Source of the DNA: a virus
Lineage: Duplodnaviria; Caudoviricetes
IMG/VR virus record: IMGVR_UViG_3300025735_000003
Span: 1 to 64,000 of that record
Strand: one strand, 5' to 3'
Length of the DNA stretch: 64,000 nucleotides
In this document: positions 1 through 8,940 of the stretch, piece by piece
Layout: each line of letters begins with the position of its first letter
Numbering within the stretch: position 1 is the stretch's first letter
Notes under the pieces: model-generated
Databases searched by the model: none
The model's input: the letters and a program-made list of their open reading frames with translations, nothing else
Told to the model about the DNA's origin: nothing
Translations under genes and position numbers: made by a program

Positions 1-80
1 GTGGGAAGCTAGAGATGTTGGGAAAGTGGTGAAGCAAAGAAAAGGTGTGGAAATTTAATTATTGAGAAGGAAATAAGTGC

Positions 81-905
81 ATGGGAAGTCGCGAGAGAGC
101 GTTTGTAGTACAAGTTGACGGTCAGGATATTGCCGTTCCCCGTAAACGTGTTCGTAAGGATAAGGTTGGTAAACCTGCTGTAAATCATAAGTATGATGAT
201 GAAAAAGAGTTTAATTCGTTGCACTTTAAGCCTATCGGAGAGGCGCAGACGCTCGGGGCACAGTATCTACAGGAAGGTCGTAAAATCGTGGCTCTACAAG
301 GCCCAGCCGGTGGTGGTAAGTCAATTTTAGCTGCATGGCACGCTGCAAACTTGCTGAAAGCTAAGTCTATCCACAAATTGTTCTTGGTTCGACCTTATGA
401 ATCTTGTGGGCGTACAATCGGTGCAGTTCCCGGCACGGAGGGCGAAAAACTTTCCGTAATTTTTACCAGTATCTTGGAGCATCTGACTAAGTTCCTTGGC
501 AAAACCCAATTGTCTTATATGCTTGAGAAAAAGGTAATCGAATTCAAAAGTGTTGAATGGATGCGTGGCTATAGTTTTGAGGATGAGGTATTCGTGCTGT
601 GTGAGGAGGTGCAAGGGTTTGATACTGACCTTATGCAGATGCTGACAACCCGTATTGGTGACGGCGCACAACTTTGTATGACGGGAGACTGGCGTCAAAA
701 AGACATCCGTAAAGAAACAGGTCTTAAATACTTGAGTGAAGTCGTAGAAGCTGCAAACAACACACCACCAGAGTTTCTTGATGACGAAGACATTCAGGAG
801 ATTAAGAACAACATTGGTTTTGTAAACTTTACGTTTGAGGATAGTGGACGTCGTAGTAAATTGACTAAGGCACTTGTTAAATTGTTTTACTTTGAGAAGG
901 GGTAG
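81..905 (+). CDS. phoH: PhoH-family ATPase
   Basis: Walker A GPAGGGKS; VRPY..G..IGAVPG..EKL; MRGYSF; EEVQ; LTTRIG; GDWRQKD motifs. Confidence 0.93.
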   Translation: MGSRERAFVVQVDGQDIAVPRKRVRKDKVGKPAVNHKYDDEKEFNSLHFKPIGEAQTLGAQYLQEGRKIVALQGPAGGGKSILAAWHAANLLKAKSIHKLFLVRPYESCGRTIGAVPGTEGEKLSVIFTSILEHLTKFLGKTQLSYMLEKKVIEFKSVEWMRGYSFEDEVFVLCEEVQGFDTDLMQMLTTRIGDGAQLCMTGDWRQKDIRKETGLKYLSEVVEAANNTPPEFLDDEDIQEIKNNIGFVNFTFEDSGRRSKLTKALVKLFYFEKG

Positions 906-913
906 GGAGTAAT

Positions 914-1681
914 TTGAAAGAAATTAATGGAGTAAGAGTTGCATCTAATGCCTTAGACTGGACAGGTCACGAAGTCGGAAGACTGGTTATCAAGAATGTT
1001 GAAGGTAGGCATGCAACTCGGAGGACTTTGGTATGGAATGCAGAATGTTCTTGTGGCAACACTACCAAAGTTACTTCCGCAGAGTTGTCAGCTAATGATA
1101 CGCAATCTTGTGGGTGTCTACACTTAGAAGTGATTGCTGTTACCAATAAGGCTTTTGCAGAGAAGTATTACACCCACGGAATGTCAGGAAGTCTTGAGCA
1201 GAAAGCTTGGAAAAGAATGAAAGGTCGTTGTACTAACCCAAATTCAAAAGAGTATGCAGTTTATTCGAAGATTGGTATTTCACAAGCATTTTCGGAAAGT
1301 TTTGTGAATTTCTACAATGACATTGGACCTATACCGGAAAACTTCAAAGGGCGTGTCTCAGTTGATCGAATAGAAAATTCCCTTGGTTACGTAGAGGGGA
1401 ATGTAAGATGGGCAAATGATGATATGCAAGCCAGAAACAAGGGTATGTATAACAGTAACAAGAGTGGTGTAACTGGGGTAAGATTGCACACTGGATCAGA
1501 TGGCAAAGATTATTGGTGTGCAAGTTGGTATCCTACAAGCGGAAAACAAAAGAGTAGGTACTTTTCAATACCTAAATATGGTGATGAATTAGCTTTCTTT
1601 GCTGCTTGTGAGTTTAGGTCGTTGATGATTGAACGTTTAAATCTAGTCGGTGCGGGTTACACAGAAAATCACGGTAAATAA
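914..1681 (+). CDS. HNH homing endonuclease with C-terminal AP2-like domain (family A)
   Basis: GRLVI..WNAECSCG..SCGC N-terminus; SVDRIENSLGYVEGNVRWA; NKSGVTGV; TTG start. Confidence 0.85.
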   Translation: MKEINGVRVASNALDWTGHEVGRLVIKNVEGRHATRRTLVWNAECSCGNTTKVTSAELSANDTQSCGCLHLEVIAVTNKAFAEKYYTHGMSGSLEQKAWKRMKGRCTNPNSKEYAVYSKIGISQAFSESFVNFYNDIGPIPENFKGRVSVDRIENSLGYVEGNVRWANDDMQARNKGMYNSNKSGVTGVRLHTGSDGKDYWCASWYPTSGKQKSRYFSIPKYGDELAFFAACEFRSLMIERLNLVGAGYTENHGK

Positions 1682-1690
1682 GGGGCTGGT

Positions 1691-2560
1691 ATGAACACAA
1701 CTAACAATGAAGATTTCATGTTTCCACAATTTAGTATGAACGGGTCTGTACGGGAACGAACTATCCCAACTAAAGTGTACACGCTTTACCTAGATGGTGA
1801 AATTGGAGCACCTTCTGAGTATAGGGATCACATGGAAGCTCTTGAATCTGCAAACGAGTGGGATGAAGTGCGGGTTATAATTTCAAGTGGAGGAGGTCGC
1901 CTAGACAGCGGTCTGATGCTGATTGACGGGATTAAAGCTTGTCGTGCCCCAGTAACGGCGTACATTCACGATATCTGCGGTTCTATGGCGACAGGTGTGG
2001 CCCTTGCGTGTCAAAACTGGCTTCTAGGGGATTTTGCATATTTCTTCGTGCACACAGCAAGCTGGGGAACATTTGGCAAAGACAGCGAAATTCGCAGTCA
2101 TGTGCAATTCATGGATAAACGAATTGATAAATTCCTCCACAGTATGTATGATGGTTTTATGTCTAGCGAAGAAATTTCTTTGGTCGGAAAAGGCCAAGAT
2201 TTGTGGATTGATTCGGAAGAACTGAAAGAGCGGCTGGAAGCTTACCAAGAATACCGGAACAATCAACCCTGTAACTGTGGCGATGAATCTTGCCCTCAGA
2301 ACCAACGATTGGCAGCAGAATCACAAAGGGATGACTTCGAAGATATTGAAGACTTCGATCTTGAAGCTCTTATTGCTGAAAAGGTAGCCGAAGGCATCGC
2401 CCTGCATGAGAAAAAGAAATTAGCTGCTGAGAAAAAGGCTTCCCGCGCAAAGAAACCAAACGCCAAAACCCAAGCTGTGATGGATGCTACAGATAAGGGC
2501 GAGGATTTGATCCACTTTGACAGTAAAGAAGCACTTTTTGAAGCTCTTGATCTAAAATAA
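1691..2560 (+). CDS. ClpP-like serine protease with acidic/basic linker and C-terminal DinJ/RelB-antitoxin-like segment
   Basis: YLDGEIG, ISSGGG, CGSMA (Ser), FVH (His), DLWID; the last 34 aa PNAKTQAVMDATDKGEDLIHFDSKEALFEALDLK match the DinJ C-terminal pattern. Confidence 0.85.
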   Translation: MNTTNNEDFMFPQFSMNGSVRERTIPTKVYTLYLDGEIGAPSEYRDHMEALESANEWDEVRVIISSGGGRLDSGLMLIDGIKACRAPVTAYIHDICGSMATGVALACQNWLLGDFAYFFVHTASWGTFGKDSEIRSHVQFMDKRIDKFLHSMYDGFMSSEEISLVGKGQDLWIDSEELKERLEAYQEYRNNQPCNCGDESCPQNQRLAAESQRDDFEDIEDFDLEALIAEKVAEGIALHEKKKLAAEKKASRAKKPNAKTQAVMDATDKGEDLIHFDSKEALFEALDLK

Positions 2561-2563
2561 TTG

Positions 2564-2601
2564 TTGCAATGAATACGTGGGAGGTTTACAATTACTCCCA
2601 C
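2564..2601 (+). promoter_or_regulatory. sigma70 promoter whose -10 lies in the loop of an inverted repeat
   Basis: TTGCAA (2564-69), 17 bp, TACAAT (2587-92); GTGGGAG 2577-83 / CTCCCAC 2595-2601. Confidence 0.7.
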
Positions 2602-2628
2602 TAACCCAAACATAAAGGAGAGAATATT

Positions 2629-4401
2629 ATGACTGACCAAGAAGAACTAGATATTTTGATGGAAAAGATTGCAGTGATTAAAGAGGAGAACTTTGGAGTA
2701 TGTCCTTCTGGTCAATATATGGATGGGCTTCTTGACAAGATGTGGGAACTCCAAGATAAAATTAAACTGGGAGGAGTAAAGTGATTTCATACGAAGAGAT
2801 TGAAGAGTTGCTCGCAGAACAACAAGCTGACCTTCTTGCTGCACAGGAAAAGTCAGAGAATTCTGAGAAGGAAGAATGAAAGAATTAGATTACGATGAAC
2901 GATATGAGGATTATTTAGCAATCGTTGAACACTGTTTCGATGTTGAGCCGATGTGGCATTGGGAAGTTGATCTAGAATCTAACTGTATTGATTAAGGAGA
3001 ATAAAATGCCACTGTACATGTTAGTTAAAGTAGATTTCGGACACCGTGAGAATATGGGGCTGTTTGATACACAAGCTAAAGCACTTGCATTGCAGACATC
3101 TCTTGAGCTAGAATTGTTTGATAGTGGAAGTTTAGCGGGTATTAGTTTTTATATTGAGGAGTGGTATACGAAGTGAGTATTGAAAAAGAAGTAACCCAAA
3201 AGTTTTATGACCATCTTGTAAAGCCTGAATTGTTTCTGGAAGAGATTTGGTTTGAAGATAAGTATGGAAATGTCCACTGGAATGGTGAAAGCAATATTGA
3301 TGATCTGGTAAATGGTGATGGGGACACATATTCTGGTGATATCCGTACAGAGGTAGTGGAGATAGATGGTTTTGCACTGTACACTTTAGGCAATGATTGT
3401 GGTGGAGAAAGCCAACTTATTTTTAAACTTAGTAATAAAATTAATCCAGAGGATTATGCATGAATCAGTTTGCACAATACGAAAATGAAGTAGAAGAAGA
3501 ACCAACCATTAGCGATTGGATTTCCTCAGACGCTTCAGGTGCTAGCAATATGCTTGGGGAGGATATTTATTCAGCAGTTGTAGAGGCACTTGGTTATGAG
3601 TAAGACTGAAGACCGTGCTAAAGGTTTCATCTTACAATGCATTGAGCAATGTAAACAGATTAAACCCGATCCTCAAATAACTGACTTTCACTGTCAACTT
3701 ATCATTCAGTTGACAGGCAAGGTATTTGAACTAGAGGAACAGATTAGGGAGTTGAAAAATGAGCAACAGCGCTTATAATTGTTTTCTTGATGCAGAACTT
3801 GAAAAGTATTACGAAGAATTAGAGGAACCACTAGACCTATGCTGGGATGATGAACCAGTAATAGAACCCAACACTGATTATGATAATTATGATAACTGGG
3901 ATGATATGCAATGACTGAAGAACCTATTGGTGCTTTGTGTGGTAAAGTAAATAAAATCATTCCTCATACCCCTTACTACTTAGCTGATGGGAATGTTGTT
4001 ATAAAGAAATGGAAAGAATCTTTCGTAGACCGAATGGGCAATAAGGCAGAGCTTATGAAAGTGTTGTTTAGGACGAAGAAGAATAAAGAGAATGTTGCAG
4101 TTATTCAAGTAAATTGGGAGTAGAGAATATGGGTGAGAAGAAAGATCCAAAAGTAACTATTGTAGACTACCAGACATTTACGGATTACCTGTTCAACCCA
4201 CCTTCAACCTTTTACATACAGAACGCTATGGGAGAATATTGGTTTGTGCATACTTCTTCAAGAGTTGCTGCACAAGAATATATAGATTCTGTTTATGGTA
4301 AAAATCGGTATACTGTTGTAGCTAGCAAACTTCAGAAGACAGTTAGTAAATCAGAGAGTGGAGAGTTGTCATGCCGAGGGACAGCAACAAGAAAGAAATA
4401 A
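2629..4401 (+). CDS. Run of about 10 small, mostly acidic hypothetical proteins (e.g. 2629-2784, 2781-2879, 3006-3176, 3173-3463, 3596-3778, 3911-4123, 4129-4401)
   Basis: Tightly packed or overlapping ORFs with AGGAG RBS and ATGA couplings. Confidence 0.7.
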
Positions 4402-4904
4402 TCAACAAAGAATACTCACTCTACATGGACATTGCCCTACGTGCAGCCCAAGACAGCCATGCAGTCAGAAAGAAAGTAGGCTCATGCATTCTAACTAATA
4501 GTCGTGGACTTTACGTTGGTTATAACGGAACACTTCCCGGAATGAGCAACACTTGTGAGGAGAGGATTTACAGTAATGGTGCAGGTGGTTGGATGGATGT
4601 CGAAGAGTTTAAAGAAATCTATCCTTACGAAGATGAGAATGGACATTACAAACTTAAAACTTTGGAAGGTGTAGTCCACTCGGAAATTAATTCGCTATGT
4701 AAGATGCTTAAGGAAGGTGTTAGTGCAGAGGGAGCTACAATCTTCGTAACATTGTCCCCATGTGCAACTTGCAGTTCAATTATTGCTTCTAGTGGGATTA
4801 GAAAGGTTGTATACTATGAGGAATATCGGGATACTAAGGGAATTGAGATGCTAGAAGACTTTGGTGTAGAAGTTGTACAATATGAGAAAGGAGAAAAATC
4901 ATGA
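4371..4904 (+). CDS. dCMP deaminase
   Basis: KKVGS, GYNG, VHSEIN, TLSPCATC Zn motifs. Confidence 0.92.
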   Translation: MPRDSNKKEIINKEYSLYMDIALRAAQDSHAVRKKVGSCILTNSRGLYVGYNGTLPGMSNTCEERIYSNGAGGWMDVEEFKEIYPYEDENGHYKLKTLEGVVHSEINSLCKMLKEGVSAEGATIFVTLSPCATCSSIIASSGIRKVVYYEEYRDTKGIEMLEDFGVEVVQYEKGEKS

Positions 4905-5962
4905 ATAAAGTTACATTATACGGCCTCAACAAAGCTGGAGGCTTTAAGATCTGGGCTATCGAAACAAAAGATGAAGAAATTCATATTGAGTTTGGTCAGG
5001 AGAATGGTAAGATTCAGCTCAAAATTGAATCTGTCAAAGGTAAGAACATTGGACGGAGTAACGAGACGACTCCTGTACAACAAGCTGAGTTGGAAGCTCT
5101 TAGTAAGATTGAGAAACAGAAAGATAAAGGTTATCGGCTGGACAAAGATGATCTACAAGACCTAGATATTCTCCCAATGTTGAGTGCAGATTACACAAAA
5201 CAAGGGCACCGTATTAAATACCCTTGCTGGGGTAGTGACAAGATGGACGGATGCCGTGCTCTGGCTATTTGTGAAAACGGTGCTGTAACTTTGAAGTCCC
5301 GAGGTGGTAAACTGTACGATGTAAAACATCTGCAAGGTCAGCTTGCCGCTGTTATGAAAGATGGTGAAGTGTGGGATGGTGAGTTGTTCATCAAAGGTAA
5401 GTATCTTGAAGAGATTGTTTCTGCTATCAAGAAGCCTAATCCACTGACACCTTATCTTGGATTTGTTATATTTGATATTGTGAATACTGAAGAATTTAGT
5501 TCCCGTATTGATACAATCAGAGCTATTCCTAAACGTTTGTTGGGTACTCAGATACAGGTTATTGAGTATCTTAACATTGAGTCTGAACAAGAGATGAAAG
5601 TTAAACACAGAGACTGTGTTGCTCGTGGTTTTGAAGGTTTGATGCTTCGCAATGGTAAGGGTGTCTATGAGTCTGGTAAACGTTCGGCAGACAGCCAGAA
5701 ATTCAAGACTTTCTTTGACTCAGAATTTAAGATTATTGATGTAATATCAGATAAAGATGGTGGTGCAATCTTTGTAGTTGCGAATACCTTTGCCGACAAT
5801 CAATTCAACGTTGTAGGTGGCTCACATGATCAACGTAAACAATGGTTGGCTGATAAAGACTCTCTGATTGGTAAATTCATTACTGTAAAATATCAAACCA
5901 CTTATAAAGACACTCAGATTCCACAATTCCCAACGTTCGTTACGTTTCGAGATTATGAATAA
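4901..5962 (+). CDS. ATP-dependent DNA ligase
   Basis: KMDGCR adenylation motif, DGELF, FDI, EGLMLR, K.K..FDSEF, P+FP terminus. Confidence 0.93.
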   Translation: MNKVTLYGLNKAGGFKIWAIETKDEEIHIEFGQENGKIQLKIESVKGKNIGRSNETTPVQQAELEALSKIEKQKDKGYRLDKDDLQDLDILPMLSADYTKQGHRIKYPCWGSDKMDGCRALAICENGAVTLKSRGGKLYDVKHLQGQLAAVMKDGEVWDGELFIKGKYLEEIVSAIKKPNPLTPYLGFVIFDIVNTEEFSSRIDTIRAIPKRLLGTQIQVIEYLNIESEQEMKVKHRDCVARGFEGLMLRNGKGVYESGKRSADSQKFKTFFDSEFKIIDVISDKDGGAIFVVANTFADNQFNVVGGSHDQRKQWLADKDSLIGKFITVKYQTTYKDTQIPQFPTFVTFRDYE

Positions 5963-5972
5963 GGAGAACAAA

Positions 5973-6401
5973 ATGCATAGCAATGAATCGAGCTGGAATC
6001 CCGACGAAATAGTAGATACTAAATCTCTACAACTATTCACTCTTCGTGAATTTATGAAGTGTCTTAACTACGACTTTGTTGAAGGAACTCTCTGGTCCAA
6101 CCCATTCTTTCACTCATCTCATCATTCTAATAAAGGTCGTAACATTATTGGCTTTGTTGGAGCCCTAAAGCTTTATAACGGGAATAGTGTGAAGTGTGTA
6201 TTCGGTAAGCCACCAGAAAAACTCAGCTTGTGGTCATTTAATGATTACCAAATTGCTAAAGCTAAGGCAGCACGTATCCTTGTCAGACTGAAGCTGCAAC
6301 TGTGTAAGTCTACCAAAACTATTCTGGTTCAGGATCACCGAGTGGAATTTACATTGAAAAGTTACTCTAAACTCTTTCTTTCGAACAAATATCTGGGGTG
6401 A
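5973..6401 (+). CDS. Hypothetical protein
   Basis: ORF with AAGGAG RBS before ATG 5973. Confidence 0.7.
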   Translation: MHSNESSWNPDEIVDTKSLQLFTLREFMKCLNYDFVEGTLWSNPFFHSSHHSNKGRNIIGFVGALKLYNGNSVKCVFGKPPEKLSLWSFNDYQIAKAKAARILVRLKLQLCKSTKTILVQDHRVEFTLKSYSKLFLSNKYLG

Positions 6402-6404
6402 TCC

Positions 6405-6590
6405 ATGAACCACGACAGGGTTTGTTTATTCAAAGATGGCTCTTGGTGCTGGAATTATGAGTTCAGTTTTAAGGAGTTTGGACACAAAGGGGAGTATCAA
6501 GAGATTATTTTAGGCCAAGGGTGGCTAGACAGAGACGTTTCAATCATGCTGGCCGAATATTATAGTGAAAACACCCATCTTTTTGATTAA
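6405..6590 (+). CDS. Hypothetical protein
   Basis: 61-aa ORF in operon, ends just before terminator. Confidence 0.65.
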   Translation: MNHDRVCLFKDGSWCWNYEFSFKEFGHKGEYQEIILGQGWLDRDVSIMLAEYYSENTHLFD

Positions 6591-6594
6591 TTCT

Positions 6595-6635
6595 AAGCCT
6601 CCAGTCTTGACGGACTGGAGGCTTTCTGGTCTAAT
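6595..6635 (+). terminator. Intrinsic terminator fused to sigma70 promoter (-35 is the hairpin loop)
   Basis: AAGCCTCCAGTC-TTGACG-GACTGGAGGCTT-TC; TTGACG, 17 bp, TCTAAT with TG extension. Confidence 0.8.
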
Positions 6636-6658
6636 GGGTTTACTAATCAGGAGGAACT

Positions 6659-7678
6659 ATGGAACAAGATAAACTGAAGAAACAATTGGAGCTGCTTCAT
6701 TCAGACTTGAAGCGCTGCAATAACAGGTGTAATCGTATTTCTAAAGCAATCGGCATTGAACAGAACGATTTAATTCAGTACGCAATGGACGAGACACAAG
6801 CTGTGCTGGATTATATTAGGATGTTGAAGGAGAAAGAAAATGCTAGTCAAACAGAGAATCAAGTGGGAATATGAATACCACTTTGGAAAAGAACCTTGGT
6901 TTCCAGCATTCTTAGATTACAAGAAGAATAGGGGTTCTGAAAGATTCAGACTGAACGCTGCTATGGAAGAGTTTTTCGAATATGTTATTTCATTAGAGGA
7001 AAAGCTAAAATGACACAAGAACAATACTATCTCCTAGAGAGGTTACGTACAAACCTCCTAGATGCAGCATCTGAGCTAGAACTTCTAGGAAAGCTTCCAA
7101 GGTTTGTGCAGAATATTGATTGGATGCTAGACGAGCTTGATGAGTATGTTAAATTGCAAAAGGAGTTGGATGATGAGTAATAGTGATAAATGGTTATTTG
7201 GGTTTATTACCCTGTGGATTATACTGTGTGCCGGTAAGCCTGACTTGATTGATGCACTGACTATACGTGTAATGGGTGATCAAGCTGTTTATGAAAAGAT
7301 GAAAGGAGAGAAAGAATGATCCACCTAGCGCCAATGACTGACGAACAACGCCAAGCTGTCAAAGACCAACGTATTGCTGACCAAGAATACGCACGAGAAA
7401 ACGTAACCTTAGATCGACCAGACGAACCTTACTGGAAAGCTCTTGCCTCCGAACAGGGTATCCGCATGCCACAGTGGCACATCTTAGGTACAGAGATTAA
7501 ATATATTCGAAGGGCTTGTAAAAAGTTAGGTGTTGATGTAAAAGAGTACACAGATTCTACGGGCTTTAAAACACTGAAAGAATTTGCCGAAACTAACCAT
7601 AAATTCAATGCTGTTGCTCAAGTCGGTCTTGTGCTAGAATACTGGGTAGATAAAGAGGGTAATTGCGGGATTAAATAG
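6659..7678 (+). CDS. Cluster of small hypothetical proteins (6659-6874, two unlisted ~55-aa ORFs, a small membrane ORF, 7316-7678)
   Basis: RBS-led, ATGA-coupled ORFs. Confidence 0.7.
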
Positions 7679-7689
7679 GGTAAGTTGGT

Positions 7690-7713
7690 GTAGTTTTACC
7701 CTATTAAAACTAC
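7690..7713. promoter_or_regulatory. Perfect 9-bp inverted repeat, operator-like
   Basis: GTAGTTTTA-CCCTAT-TAAAACTAC in an intergenic gap. Confidence 0.4.
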
Positions 7714-7757
7714 GATCTATTTAATTTCAATGACGGTACATGTGAAGAGGTGGTGCC

Positions 7758-7928
7758 ATGTTCTTTATAGTTTATTTAGCCATTAGTTTAGTAATGTTTT
7801 ACCACGAAGTATTAGATTCATACAGATGTAAAGTTAAGATTGATTTCGTAAGGAGCATATCCTTCTCTCTTTTGTGGGTTGTAAGTATTCCTTTCTCCAC
7901 TTATATGATGTGGAAGGAGCTGAAATGA
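7758..7928 (+). CDS. Small two-TM membrane protein (56 aa, not in ORF track)
   Basis: GAGGTGG RBS; MFFIVYLAISLVMFY...SFSLLWVVSIPF; ATGA overlap with next gene. Confidence 0.65.
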   Translation: MFFIVYLAISLVMFYHEVLDSYRCKVKIDFVRSISFSLLWVVSIPFSTYMMWKELK

Positions 7929-8107
7929 CAAAAGAATATTCCCATGACAGAGAAGTGATCAAAGACTTCATCCGCTACATCTCGGATGAGCATAAATGTG
8001 CAGTGGTGTGTTTTCCAGATGAATTTGCAGCTAACAGTTATGTAAATTACAGGTTTATTAATGTTTCAGATATCTTGGAAGAGTTTATTGAGGGGAGAAA
8101 GCAATGA
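7925..8107 (+). CDS. Hypothetical protein (true start likely 7925)
   Basis: AAGGAG RBS; coupled to phaZ by ATGA overlap. Confidence 0.65.
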   Translation: MTKEYSHDREVIKDFIRYISDEHKCAVVCFPDEFAANSYVNYRFINVSDILEEFIEGRKQ

Positions 8108-8940
8108 ACATTCAAATGCAAAACCAAACAATCATGTTGGGGAATCAATCAATCTACGTTTCGATTAAACCGGGGAAGGTTGGGAGTATTCCTCTTCTGA
8201 TTATGAATGGTATTGGAGCGAATACAACTTTACTGACTCCGTTTGTTGAAGCTATGCACGAATCAAATCCTGATCTTGAGATTATTACTTTTGATGTGCC
8301 GGGGTGTGGAGGATCTTCTACTCCTTCGCTGCCATACAGGTTTAGTGGACTATCTAAGATTGTTTCGCATATGTTGGACTATTTGAACTACGCGCAAGTG
8401 GATCTACTGGGTCTATCGTGGGGCGGATTCTTAGCCCAACAGTTTGCTTATGATTACCCTCAACGCTGTAAGAAACTAATTCTATGCGCTACAGCAACAG
8501 GAGTTACAAGTATACCACCTAGTATGAAAGTACTTTCTTTAATGTCTTCACCTAGACGCTACACTGATTCAGCCTATATGATTGAGATTGCCCCCCTAAT
8601 ATACGGTGGAAAATTCCGAACAGACCCTCAGATAGCAATTAAGTATGCTGAGAAGATGGAGGCTAATAGCTCTGAAAATAAAGCTAGTGCCACTGGGTAC
8701 AAGTTTCAACAGCTAGCAATATGTTGGTGGAGTAGCTTGTGGATGCTTCCTTACATCAAACAACCTACACTTTTGATAGGAGGTAGCGATGACCCGATCA
8801 TACCTCTAGTGAATATGAAGATTATGAAAGGACTTATTCCTAATTCAAAGCTTCATACAGTGGATGATGGGCACCTTTTCCTCCTCTGCTCAACTGATGT
8901 AGTAACACCAATTATTAATGAGTTTTTGGAGGGTAAATGA
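8104..8940 (+). CDS. phaZ: Intracellular medium-chain-length poly(3-hydroxyalkanoate) depolymerase (alpha/beta hydrolase)
   Basis: PLLIMNGIGAN, FDVPG.GGSSTP.LPYRF.GL, lipase box GLSWG, AQQFA.DYP.RCKKL, SPRRY, AP.IYGG.FR.DP, DDPIIPLVNM, DDGHLFL: collinear with Pseudomonas PhaZ as recalled. Confidence 0.92.
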   Translation: MNIQMQNQTIMLGNQSIYVSIKPGKVGSIPLLIMNGIGANTTLLTPFVEAMHESNPDLEIITFDVPGCGGSSTPSLPYRFSGLSKIVSHMLDYLNYAQVDLLGLSWGGFLAQQFAYDYPQRCKKLILCATATGVTSIPPSMKVLSLMSSPRRYTDSAYMIEIAPLIYGGKFRTDPQIAIKYAEKMEANSSENKASATGYKFQQLAICWWSSLWMLPYIKQPTLLIGGSDDPIIPLVNMKIMKGLIPNSKLHTVDDGHLFLLCSTDVVTPIINEFLEGK

